A stretch of DNA of 64,000 nt, taken from positions 52,764,001-52,828,000 of the forward strand of contig CM052816.1 in NCBI GenBank assembly GCA_028534125.1, given 5' to 3'. The notes beneath the pieces were generated by a model. That model did no database searches. It was given only the letters and a program-made list of their open reading frames with translations, and was not told the DNA's origin. Shown piece by piece: positions 13,947 through 26,275 of the stretch (positions are counted from its first letter, which is position 1; the number at the start of each line of letters is the position of its first letter). Source of the DNA: Lama glama (taxonomy: Eukaryota). A program made the translations under genes and the position numbers.

Positions 13947-15709
13947 TCTAGAGGGTTTTGAATGCCCAGATGAGCCATTTTCCTACCCTGCATGGAGGGT
14001 TCCCAGTGCCTACAGGCCCAGCCTGGGTCAGTCCTTGAGCTAATCACTACTATAGAGGTAAAGGAAGGAAAAATATCTCTTGAAGCCTTGGCCCCACCAG
14101 CTCCACAGGGCCTGGAATTCATCCTGCCCCGTTTCTGCCCCCTTTTCCTACTGAGCACATCAGTTCCTTTCCCTGTCTGCCTGGGGCCCGACTCTCTGCC
14201 CAGCTTTTGCCTTTCCTTGGGACTGCTGGTCCCTATTCAAACAAGGGTCATCCAAAAGCCTGATTCTGGACACCAGCATGGCCCTGGAACTGCCTGCACT
14301 GGGGCCCCCACCTGAGTGGACCCACCCCCAAGAATCTCACTGCTGGCCCAGAATGAGCCCAGACTCCTTTCCACCCTGGTGGCCACTTCCCTCAGGGCTC
14401 CTCGTCCCCCAGCCTGGTCACATATTCTTCCTCACTTCCCCTCTTCACTGGGGCCCCACCTGAGTGTTGACACCACTGTGGATGTTTGTAGACTTTTGAG
14501 CAGAAAAGGAAGAGACATGATGCAAATGATGTTTTAGAAACACCTGCCACTTGTGAGACAAGGACGGCTTGGAGTGGGTGGAGGCTAGGAGAAGAGCACA
14601 GGCGTGGTGGCTGTGGGTGAAACGGATGAAGGCAGTGAAGAGGCCTGAACTAAAGCAGCTAGGTTAGGGGCGGACAGGAAGAAATGCAGTTGATCCCTTC
14701 TCCTTAGACTCTCTTCATTTCTCCTTTCCAATTGTGACATCCTAAAGCTTAGATTCGATGCAAGTAGAATCCAGAGTATTACTGCCTGGTTTAAATCAGG
14801 CCAGGGTGCTCTATTTGAAATATGATATGAGGCACTTAAGACCTGACCTCTCTGTGCTGTGACCACACAGGCAGGCACACTCCTCCTTCAGAATGTCTAG
14901 CACCTACCCTGGGCCTGGAAGAGCCGAAGACCAAAGTTGTTGAACATATTGAACAAAATTAACACTTTTGTTTTCTAGAGTCTAGAACTTTGTTATTGGA
15001 GGCTAGTTTCTGGTTTGGGTTCTTAAGGGCCCAAGTGTCTGAGGGAAGTTTCATAAAATCAATACCTAGTTCCAGCTCGAAATTTACTGATTATAATAAA
15101 CTCTGGGTTTGAATGATTTTCAACTCTGGGTGAGGGCTGGGTCCTTAAGCATTGCACAGGACTGAGTATCAATTAATCTTAATTCCTCTGACTTGATAAA
15201 ATGTGGCTCTTGGAGATGGTGTCCTTATGAACCATGTCAGAGAATCAAACTCTGTCAAGTAGGATGTAGGGAGAAATGTACAGCCAGATATATGCAAAGT
15301 CCCAATTTGTGGGCTTTTTTCTCGGAACTTGCAAGCACTGCTTCCTTTTTAAAGCATTACATTTAAATAATTGCCTCACTTTTGCTTGATTCTTTACAAT
15401 TTCAAAGCCCTTCCTTGTCCTGACTTCATGTGATCCTCACAATCCCAAAAGGTAGCAGACCAGGCATCACTGTCCCTGACAAGACAGATGAGGCACGTCA
15501 GATCTGCACACAGGTGAGTAGCCAATAGGAGGCCAGTCAAGGATGGAGCCAGGACTAAAATCAGGTTTCTGGCTCCAGTCCAGCATTCTTTAATTAGACC
15601 ATCCTGTGCACATATTTAGTTCATAACATGCTTGCCTTATCTCTCTGAGACTAACACAGGTTAACAGCTTTTTCACATCAATCAATTAAATAATACTAAT
15701 AATACAGAC

Positions 15710-15932
15710 TAGAGGTTAGTTAACTTTATCTATAAAGGACCAGATAGTAAATATCTTAGGCCTGGGGTGCCATTCAGTCTCTGTTATAACTAGTCAACTC
15801 TGCCATTATAGCCCCAAAGCAGCCAAAGGCAATATGTAAACAAGTAAGCTTGACTGTGTTCCAATAAAACTTTATTTACAAAAAAGGCAGCGGGTTATAT
15901 TTGGCCTGCGGGCTGCAGTTTGCCAGCCCCTA
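15710..15932. mobile_element. hAT-Charlie MITE (MER58A-like)
   Basis: taaaggaccagatagtaaatat...tcaactctgccatt...tgtgttccaataaaactttatttacaaaa...gcagtttgcca-cccct. Confidence 0.8.
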
Positions 15933-16444
15933 ATATTGACCAATGGCGGGACGTATGGGGGGATCCCCTTCTTCCTCAGTCCTGTTGACTCCTTCTCTGT
16001 GGAGGCAGCCCTTTTAGCAGTACCTTGTGGTCTCTCCCCACCCTGGGGCAAGCGTGGAAGGAAAAGCTGGCCATGCATGCACTTCCCTAACTCTTTCTTA
16101 TGAGCTCCCTGAGGAGACACACCTCCTCCTCCAGGAACCTACTCTGCCCCGAAGGCTGGGGAAGCTGGCCTTGCCAAGGCTCTGGGTGTGTGCAAATCTA
16201 TTAATATGAGAGGCTAAAGTGCAATATAAGAAAAATTTTTGCTCACATGCGAACCACATTCTCTAAACTTGGCTTCCTCCGTAATCAGAGTAATAGTTCA
16301 GTCTCCATATGCTTGACTCTTCCGTATCTTTCTTAGTTGACTCAGAACTTGGGAGATACTAGTTACTAGGCCCCTTGGAGACCTCTGCCTAGACATCAGG
16401 TCAGGATACACAGATTAAATGGCGAGGGGCAGGGCTCCGGCTTA

Positions 16445-16666
<222 letters not shown>

Positions 16667-17739
16667 TCAACATTCACAAACTCATACACAGTTTAAGCAG
16701 GATTCTATCCTTGGAAACTGCTGGAATTTGACTAAAGACATGCATTGTTCACTGTACCCCCAAACTTGACCTGATCGCCACAGAATTCCCCAAACCCTCA
16801 ATATGCATACTTTCACCACCACAGGCAACACCCATGTATTGCACATTGCATCTCTTGGAGGAGCTGGGAACCAGGAAATAACTAGAATCACAGCAGGACA
16901 AAAACAAATGGCACAATGTCTGCTTTCAAAGAGAGTGAGAAAATAAAAGGGAGGCAGGTGGGGAGTTTCAAGAGAACATGACTTGCAAAGTTTCCTTCCA
17001 AAACTTGCACACACACACACACAGAGGAGTCTCCAAACCTTCTTTAACAATGAGTTCCAGTGTTTGCTGACTTTCCTGCGCACAGAGACCAAATGAGGCG
17101 CTGCTCTTGAACAGCAAGGCGGCTGGCGAGGCCAGAGCAGAGTGGAGTGTGGATTAACCAGGTGGGATACGTGTGCTTAGCAGAGGCTTGTGGTCAGCCG
17201 CCTTTGGGACTCTGGCCTCTTTAGATTGTAGCAGGCATGCCTGAGAGGTTGTCGAAAGGTCGCTTTTTGTCTCACCTCAGCTGTTTTTATAAGAGGCACA
17301 GTGAACTGAACCAAAGCACTTTCAACTGCTGATGGGTGACCTTGTTTGCATGAATTGCTCAATTTTGCTTTGAAACGGCTGAGACAGCAAGGAAGTATTT
17401 TTAATTTAGGCAGCGTTAATATTCAGTCAGCACCCTCTCCCTCTCCCCTTTAACAGATGAGAAAATGATTAATGCAAGGGAATGTATTTCACTTTCTCGT
17501 GTCTGTACCAAACCACTCACTTCAGAGAGGTGGCTACTGACGGGCCCTTACTCTCTGGAGCAAAGCCTGGCTGCCTGATATTTATGAACTAATTTTCAGG
17601 TTAATAATAAATAAATAAAAGTCTGTAAAATACATTACAGTTAACATCAGTTTTTATGAACTCTTACCAACCTCCAGTCTACTTTCCTTTTTGATTTTTT
17701 TTTTGAGAAATCCAAAAGAGATAAAAAAGCCCAATCTAT

Positions 17740-17795
17740 TTTTCTCTCTCTTTCTTTCTTTCTCTCTTTCTTTCTCTTTCTTTCTTTCTTTCTTT
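17740..17795. repeat. (TTTC)n/(TC)n microsatellite running into an assembly gap
   Basis: tttctctctctttctttctttctctctttc... directly followed by N. Confidence 0.9.
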
Positions 17796-17895
17796 NNNNN
17801 NNNNNNNNNNNNNNNNNNNNNNNNNNNNNNNNNNNNNNNNNNNNNNNNNNNNNNNNNNNNNNNNNNNNNNNNNNNNNNNNNNNNNNNNNNNNNNN
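17796..17895. other. Assembly gap (100 N) in intron 11
   Basis: Run of n. Confidence 1.
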
Positions 17896-18716
17896 TTTCT
17901 GCAAAGACGATCAAAGGGCACCAGGGCCCAGAGAAGGCTGGGCCATTTCTGGGAGCAGGTAACACCTGAGCTGAGCCCCAGACAGGAGAACAGCAGACTG
18001 AGAGGAAAACAGTGCAAGTCACCATTGGTGTGCACAGGGCCGTGTTGTGAGAACTCACTGGCGGCCCACACTGGGCTCACCGGTGCCAACAGCAGCTTGT
18101 GTTTCACATGGGTCACAGTTTTCAAAAGCCCTTCATGTACTTTCTCCCCTTTGACCATTCTCTCCCTCAAAATAACCATGAGAGGTGGCAGGCAAATTGC
18201 ACAGCAGCCTCCCCACTGTGTTCTCAGCTTTTGTCTCTTCTTTATTCTGATGCTTCTTTTCGTGGGAGGTGCTGGAGGGTGAGGGGACAAGATCCTGAAA
18301 GCCCCACAGGTGGCCAGAAGCAGAAACTCAACAAAAGTTATCCTCCTCTATTTTTTTTTCAAGTGGATCGATACAAAATCTGGTTTGGTATTGCAAATAA
18401 TAGAAGAATTAACCCAGACTCTTCTTCCCCCGAACCAGAGATAATGCCTTAAAACAGTCTATGTGTTAAACAAAACCATCTGTGCTTATAGTTCCAATAA
18501 AAATATTGACACTTGCTCCCAAGTTATGAACTAGATCTGTCACTTTCCCCCTAGTAACAAACCATAACCGAATTGCACGGGTGTGTACCAATTTACGCTC
18601 GATACCACACATCCAGGCGTGTGCATCAAACCAAGAACGTGCTCAGGTGAGGCCACGCCAAGGCGACACCCTCAGAAGACTCTACTGCTGAGACATCTCG
18701 TGCTTGCTTCTACTTA

Positions 18717-18848
<132 letters not shown>

Positions 18849-19023
18849 TTACCACAATGTCAAGTGCTGTCCCTGGGCCAAGCCCCACATCTCAGATTTA
18901 GTCTTTCTTTTGACATCAAAGTTCCCTGCTGAACGTTTTCAGATCCACAGCAAAATTTTATCCGTGAGAAGGACTACTGAATGCCAGGGGCTGATCACCT
19001 TTCCTTGGTGCCCAGGTATGGTC

Positions 19024-19190
19024 ACTCTGTTGTGCAAAGTATGCTCCCTGCAGCAGCAGCATCTACACCACCTGGATACTAGTTACACATGCAGAATCTT
19101 GGGCTTGCCCCGGACCTCCTGGATCACAATCTGTATTTTAACAAGCTCCTTGGGAGATTCACGTGTACATTGAAGTTTGAAGATGCACTG
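19024..19190. mobile_element. MER5A-like hAT MITE
   Basis: cagcagcatc...cacctgga...atgcagaatcttggg...ttttaacaagctcc...gattc...gtacattgaagtttga...cactgg. Confidence 0.75.
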
Positions 19191-19934
19191 GTATAACCTA
19201 CAGGAGTGGTTCTAACAGTGGAAGGTACAGGCACCCTATTGGGACTGCAGGGAACACACTTCTGAACAGGCAGCCCTCAAGCCTTCTCTTCACAAACATC
19301 AGGCTGGCCCTAACCACATCACACACAAGGCACATGCACAGGTTTTTGCTGGTTAAGCCAGTCACTGAAAGTGCCACACTCAAATCTTCTGCCATTTTGG
19401 GGTCTAGAATAAGATAATAAAGTGATCACTTTTCCATTCCTTATTTCTTTTCACAATAATTGAGAACAGCCAAGCACTTTTTGTTGGCATCATCTAGGTA
19501 CCTGCCTCAAAATGCCACTGAAAGCTTTTATCACTTTCCTGAGTTATTCACTCATTCATTTGACAAACATTAATTGGCAGAAACATGTACTAGCCGTGAA
19601 AAATAAACAGAACAGAACTGGAAGCTTGTTCATAGAGTTCACAGTATAATAAAATAAGAATATCTTCATCCCACTCTTTCCTCAAAACATACCCACAAGT
19701 TACAGCACTTTGTAAGCCAAACAAGAATCCTCTGGGGAAATTAAAAACACATGTCAGAGCCCAGATCCAGGTAAATTAGATCAGGATCTCCAGGAATTGG
19801 CCCCTGGCATCAGTATTTTTTAAGCACCCTGACATTGCTAATGGGTAGCCAAGGTTGATAACCTCTTAAACTAGAAAAATAAAAAGAAACACCTTGACCT
19901 TTGGCCAATCTTGGGTCCTCATGCCAGAAACCTA

Positions 19935-20213
<279 letters not shown>

Positions 20214-20808
20214 TTATATATCGTGCTAAACAACTCATATTTCAATCTCATAGTGAATGAACACCTTTTACTGACAACAAATCACTTATTTTTTCCCTTT
20301 TTATGACCACAGAGTTAGCAAGCCAGATTCTACAAAATGGTCATTGTCCACTAAGTCTACTTTATCAGATCATTTCTACATTTGTTAACATTTGTCCAAT
20401 AGTGTGTCTTTCAGAATGTTTTTTGGAACAGAACCAGACAAATTTTTTTTTAATTCAGAAAACAGACTGTGTGGTTAACGAGTCTCCAAGCATATATTAT
20501 TTTGTTTATCCATTTTTGGCTAAGGAAGTACTTCTGGATTAAGATGTTAAACCAACCTATGATGCAAAAGACACTAATTATCTTCTCAACAGATCCTGAA
20601 GAGTGGAAAACTTAAGGTGAGTGATGATTTTCTACATGGCCATCAAGCCAAAGCCAGTAAGGTTATGGAAACTGGAGCTCTCTCAAGAAGACAATATTCT
20701 TTAAAGCAAGCTTAATCATGGCAAGAAAAGAGAATTCTAATTGCCAGATAAAATCCTCAAGGTTGCTGTTCCTAAATCTCTCATTTACATTAAAAGAAAA
20801 GTGCTGGT

Positions 20809-21256
20809 AATTAGCGATATTGAACATCTTTTCCTGTGTCTATTGGCCATCTGTAGGTCTTCTTTGGAGAATGTCTATTTAGGCCTTCTGCCCATTTTTT
20901 GATTGGGTTGGGGTTTTTTGTTATTCAAATGAACTTATTTACAAAACAGAAAGAGACTCACGGACAGAGACAACAAGCTATGGGTTACCAAAGGGGAAAG
21001 AGGGTGGGGGAGGGATAAATTAGGAGTTTGGGATTAGCAGATACAAACTACTTTATATAAAATAGATAAGTAAAAGGTCCTACTATATAGCCCAGGGAAC
21101 TACATTCAATATCTTGTAATAACCTATAATGAAAAACAATATGAAAAAAGATATATATGTACAACTAAATCGCTAAACTTGTATAAAAGAAACTAACACA
21201 ACACTGTAAATCAACTATACTTCAATAAATAAATAAAACACTTTTTAAAAGAAATT
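20809..21256 (+). mobile_element. 5'-inverted, truncated lineage-specific L1 with TSD
   Basis: Minus-strand ORF2-type piece (about 20809-20925) joined to a plus-strand L1 3' UTR ending aaatcaactatacttcaataaataaataaaa. TSD gaaaagtgctggt (20796-20808) / gagaagtgctggt (21257-21269). Confidence 0.85.
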
Positions 21257-21989
21257 GAGAAGTGCTGGTCGTGGTATCTAAATGGCAGCATCCTTGGCAA
21301 GTACACTGTAACAGCCCAACCATTCAAGCACAAATGGACTTGCTGGATTTGAAAATGGAGCTCTCTGAACTTGCCAATGAGCTGGAATAGTTTTGTGCTT
21401 CTTTTCCATTCTCTTTAATCTGCTTGATATCAGGTCCTAGAGCATTTATACAAATGCTCTTTTAGCCTCCTTTTGGAGAGGCTTTGGAGAGGGTTACAAA
21501 TTAGGCTCCTTGCTAATAAAAGAATTCCTAATCTGAGTGCTAAAGAATCAGAGTCCTGTCCCCAGGAGATGTGTGTTGGATACTAGTCATTGAAAACAAT
21601 AGTACTGTAGCCTTCAAGCCATAGAGAGATAGGGTTTTTGTTTTTGTTTTTTAACTGTTTGTTTGCTTTGTTTGTTTTTTGTTTTCTTTGTGTTTGTTTT
21701 ATCATTAATGAATTGTACCATCGCATTAAAATCAAAGAGTGGCCACTTCATTCTCAGATTTTTTTTTTCAGGTTATTTCTATTTCTGTTGACTCATTTCT
21801 CTCTCAGGACCTGCCTTAAAGAATTCTGTGGAGAACCAGGAAAAGGAAAAAGTATCATCGACCCAGAAAACAAATTAATTTAGATGTTTTTAAAAGCAGA
21901 AAATCTGTACAGAGTAAAATGGAAGAGATACACAGATGACTACAATTAAAGTAAGTCATTGATAATTACATGAAATTCAAATTTTAATG

Positions 21990-22140
21990 TTTACAAAGCT
22001 TTATTGTAACAGTCATGCTACTGTGTTTACATATTGTATATGGTTCCTTGGGTTGAAGCAAAATTGAATTGTGACAGAGATCTTTCGGCCGACAAAGCCA
22101 AAATTATTTATATATCTGTTCCTATACAGAAATAATTTAT
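21990..22140. mobile_element. MER58-like hAT MITE fragment
   Basis: aaagctttattg-aacagtcatgct...gtttacatattgtatatgg...ttgtgacagaga...caaagccaaaa...tacagaaa. Confidence 0.55.
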
Positions 22141-24299
22141 TTATTCCTGTTTTATTATGTAAGCATTTAAGGCCAAGAGTTTTATTTTGTATACCACTTT
22201 TGCTATATTCCATCTATTTTTATGTATATCAATGTCATTCGTTTTCAGATATATTTCAAAATTTTATTATGGCTTCTTTGATTTATGAGTAATATAGAAA
22301 TCCGTATTTTATTTCCAAAAAAAGAAAGAAAATCTATACAGAATAGCAATCCCTCCCCCATCAATGCCCCATGTCTAAAAGCACAAAAGACTCATGGTTT
22401 GTTCCTCAGAAGGAAGGGGCAGGGGAGGGGAGAAGCCTGGGTCTATTTGTGTATTTGCTATTTAGTGCCTGTGTCTGGAAAAGGTCAATGCAAACTTTAT
22501 CGGTTGTTATTTCAGAAGCTACCACCTGACCAGGCCCTTGAGAGTACTATCTTTAGATGCAATGGAAATGGATGAATGAAACTGAGCCATATGTCCACTG
22601 ACAACTAATTATGCTTTGGTTAATTAATGAAAAACTAGGTCCTGTGATTGAGAATGCAATTCCCGACTAATATCTAGATTGTTATTCTGGGGTAGAAATA
22701 TTGCTGATCTTATATGAATTGATGACTGAAGAGAAGTTTCAAATGTACATTAATTTTTTTGTTGAAGTATACTCAGTTATAATGTGTCAATTAATTATAA
22801 CAAGCTTATAGTCTCAATAAGCACACTCAGATCTGAACTGGGTTTCAGACTTCATGCACTCATTAAATAAATATTTATTGATCACTTATCATGTGCCCAG
22901 ACCCTGTCTTTGCTTGAGGGGGGAAGTGGCAAGGATAGATGAGGAATTTCATCTCTAGAAACTGGATAGAACATATGAGCTTCATTTTGTAATAATGCAG
23001 TTGTTAATGCCAAGGATGCTATTTTTTGGGTAAGTGTTTGCTCTTAAATTTTATGAAGTCTGTCAAGAAGGAAATTCCATATACACTGTCGACTGCATGC
23101 TATGTCTTATTACTCATTTAAAGAATAAAAGTTTATATGGTACTGAAGCCAACATATGGGATTAGATCTGCTCTCATTGTGCAAACAGGTCAAACAGACA
23201 TGACAAATATGCACAATGCCCTCACTGAATCTATAAAAGCACCAGGTATGAAAATGAAAGTAATATGAAATATGGAAGGGTTTTATTGTTTATAAGTTTA
23301 TATCTTATGCTCAAGCACCAAGAACAAAGCAAAAAAAACACAAAAAAACAAAAAGCTCAGATACAAATGCTTCATTTCCCTATTTATTCTATCTGACCTC
23401 ATTTAATGTCACAGAAGTCTTCATGTCAGTTATCCCTGCTTTTTAGCCAAATGAAAACTTCAAAAATTTTGGAATTTGAAATCTGAAGAGTGGTACTCTT
23501 CCATAGATTAGGATATTTTTCATTTCAAAAACAAAAATTTGTCATAATTGCCACTGAGTCCACATGAGTTACAATGAGCTTTGCATACTTTGCAGTAGAA
23601 TTCAAATTCACAGATGATGCAAACTGAGGTAAGTGATTAGACAGCAAATAGAACCACAGCAAGTTGTTGGTGTTTCGATAAAAAGAGATTTTATCCTTAT
23701 CAATAATGTGACTAATCTGACTATATTAGAAGTCTAGAACAAATAATGAAATTCAAAAGACAAGAAATATGACTCAAAGGGCCTCACTTTGGGTCTTGAG
23801 TGTGGGATTCCCCCGTAAGTACCATAGTGCAGAGGACAGGGAAGGCTTTATATGCAGAGGTTTCAAGAATGTGAGGGCAAGGAAGCATCTAGAAACCCTA
23901 ACACATCAGCACATTAGCTGCTTGCTGGTGGAGCATAAGCATGCTGTTGACACTGAGTTCCGTACCCAGCAGGTCTTCAGAGGACCCTCAGCTGCCTCAC
24001 TGGTAGGACAAAGGACATTTGCTAAACTCCAGTGCTGTAAGGCTGAGAGAACTGATTTAAAGGAGACCCACTGTCTCCTCGGAAGTCTGAAGGGCTGCCA
24101 TGTGAATGAGACCAGGCTTCTCTTCTGCTGTCTCTGAAGGAAAATCACCAGGAGGCTGATGTCTGACCAATATAACAAAGGCCTTTCTAGTGTAAGCCCT
24201 TTCATTCTTTAGTTTTTGCAAGGAATGAAAAGTTTGCCACAACTAGCTGTGGATAATGGGGCAAGAATTATTTTACATGGGAACTGAAAAGGATCTTAA

Positions 24300-26275
24300 T
24301 GAAGTAAAAAGACCAATAGGGACTTAATGCTTAATGGGAAAATACTAAAAGCATTCCCATTTAGTCAGAGGGACAGATATAAGGTTAAAAAAATTGGGAA
24401 GTAGGAGGTAAAATTATTAGCATTTGCATGTGATATGACTATTACCTAGAAAACTCAAGAAAATCAGCTGGAAAAACGCAGAATTTAGTAAGATAGCTAC
24501 ATATGAAACTAATATAAGAAATCAAAATTCTTCATACACAAATAACAACTAGCTAGAAGATAAAGCAAAAGAAAGACCTTATTTAGAAAAATGGCAAACA
24601 TAACAAAAATGTTTAACGTTTATATGAAAAATATTTTTGAAAATGGTACTGAAGGAAAACACACAAAAGACTTAACTAAAAGGAAAGGTATATCGGTTTT
24701 TGGAGAGGAAAATACAACATTACAAAAATTTCGAAGCTCCCTAAATTAATCTCTCAATTTAACATGATCTCTAAAAATACCAAATTGTCAGGGGCAGGGG
24801 AGTGGAGGTGACTATACAATCTGATTCTAAAGATCATATAAAAATAAACTAGCAAACAGAAAAAAAAGGTCATGAAGGAGCAAACTAACCTACTATGAAT
24901 TCTAAAATTATAAAGCTATAATAATAGAAACTCATGGTACCAGGGCATAAATAGATGGGACAATGGAACAGATCATAAAGATCAGGAACAGAGCCAAACA
25001 CACAGGTTCTTGAGTATGTAATAATGGAAATATTTCAAATCAGAAGGGAAAGTGATGGGTTTTCTTGTTGGCACAGCTAGACAGCCATACTAGGAAAAAT
25101 AAAGCTGGATTCCCTACTTCATACTTCCTACTGAAAGTAAAACTAAACTAACATTAACATTTAAACATTAACATTAACATTTAAAAATGTGCATGGCAAA
25201 AAAATAACCAAAAAAATTGCAACTCATATGTAAAATAGGTAAACAACAAGGCCCAGTATAATACAGGGGACTATATTCAATACCTTGTAATAACCTACAA
25301 TGAAAAAGAATATGAAAAAAATGAATATATATGTATGACCAAATCACTATGCTGTATACCAGAAACTAACACAACATTGTAAATCAACTATACTTCAATT
25401 AAAAAAAAATTATAAATTGCAACTCATATCATAGACGAGGGCTAATGTTCTTCGAAAAACAAAGAGCTTCTACAACTCAGTAAGAAAAAATTCTACAATC
25501 TAACAGGAAAAATGGGTAAAGGAAATGAACAGTTCATAGAAAAGGAAGTACATGGCTCTGAAACACACAAAAAGATGTTCAACCTAATAATAGAAATGCA
25601 CAATTCAACTATAATAAGATTTCATTTTCTACTTATAATTCTATCAAAGATGAAGTTTTATTACAGATGTGTAGGCAAGGGTATGAAGAACCAAGTACTC
25701 TTACATGCTGCCTGACAGCGTGTAAACAGCTACAGCCTTTATGGAGACAGTTTGGTACTGTCTATCAAAATTTTAAATGTACATACCTTTTAACCAGTTA
25801 TTGTACTTCTAGGAATTTATCTTACTGATATTCTTGCATATGTGTGAAGTGATATATGCGTAAGTGTTTTTCGGCAGCACTCTGTGAGAGTGGAAACAAC
25901 TTAAGTGCCTCTCAATTGGTCAAATAACTTAATTATATTCTTAGAATATAATGGACTGGTTTTTTAAAATAGATACAGTTCCATTGATCTACGGAACTGA
26001 CTGATATGAGACATCAAGAAATATTTTTAAACAAGAAAAGTAAGGTGGTAGAAATATATATAGTATGCTACCATTTGTGAAAAAATATAGATGCTATATA
26101 TGCACAGACTACCTAAAAAGATAAGTATGAATCAGGTAACAATAATTGCCTCTGGGGAGAGGAGTTGAGTAGGTGAAGTAGATAGGTAGAAAGGAGATTT
26201 TATTTTCACTGTATTCCCTTTTGTGTCTTTTGAATTTGTACCCTATGTCTATATTATCTATCCAAGATTAATTAA
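24300..26275 (+). mobile_element. Old, fragmented L1 (L1ME-like) ORF2 and 3' UTR, interrupted by a younger L1
   Basis: Decayed ORF2 motifs (ctaaaagcattcccat, atttgca-gtgatatga, tacctagaaaac, ctgattctaaa, caatggaacaga) and an L1ME-type 3' UTR. Ends approximate. Confidence 0.75.
25230..25413 (+). mobile_element. Short young L1 3' end with a perfect 16-bp TSD, nested in the old L1
   Basis: Ends ttgtaaatcaactatacttcaattaaaaaaaaa. aaattgcaactcatat occurs at 25214-25229 and 25414-25429. Confidence 0.9.

Noticed and set aside
17085..17150. CTCF-like motif (ccaaatgaggcgctg) in intron 11
   Set aside because: Several mismatches to the core consensus; not supportable without a matrix scan or ChIP data.
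17647..18290. ORFs containing poly-X and KERK repeats
   Set aside because: Artefacts of the 100-N gap and the (TTTC)n microsatellite.
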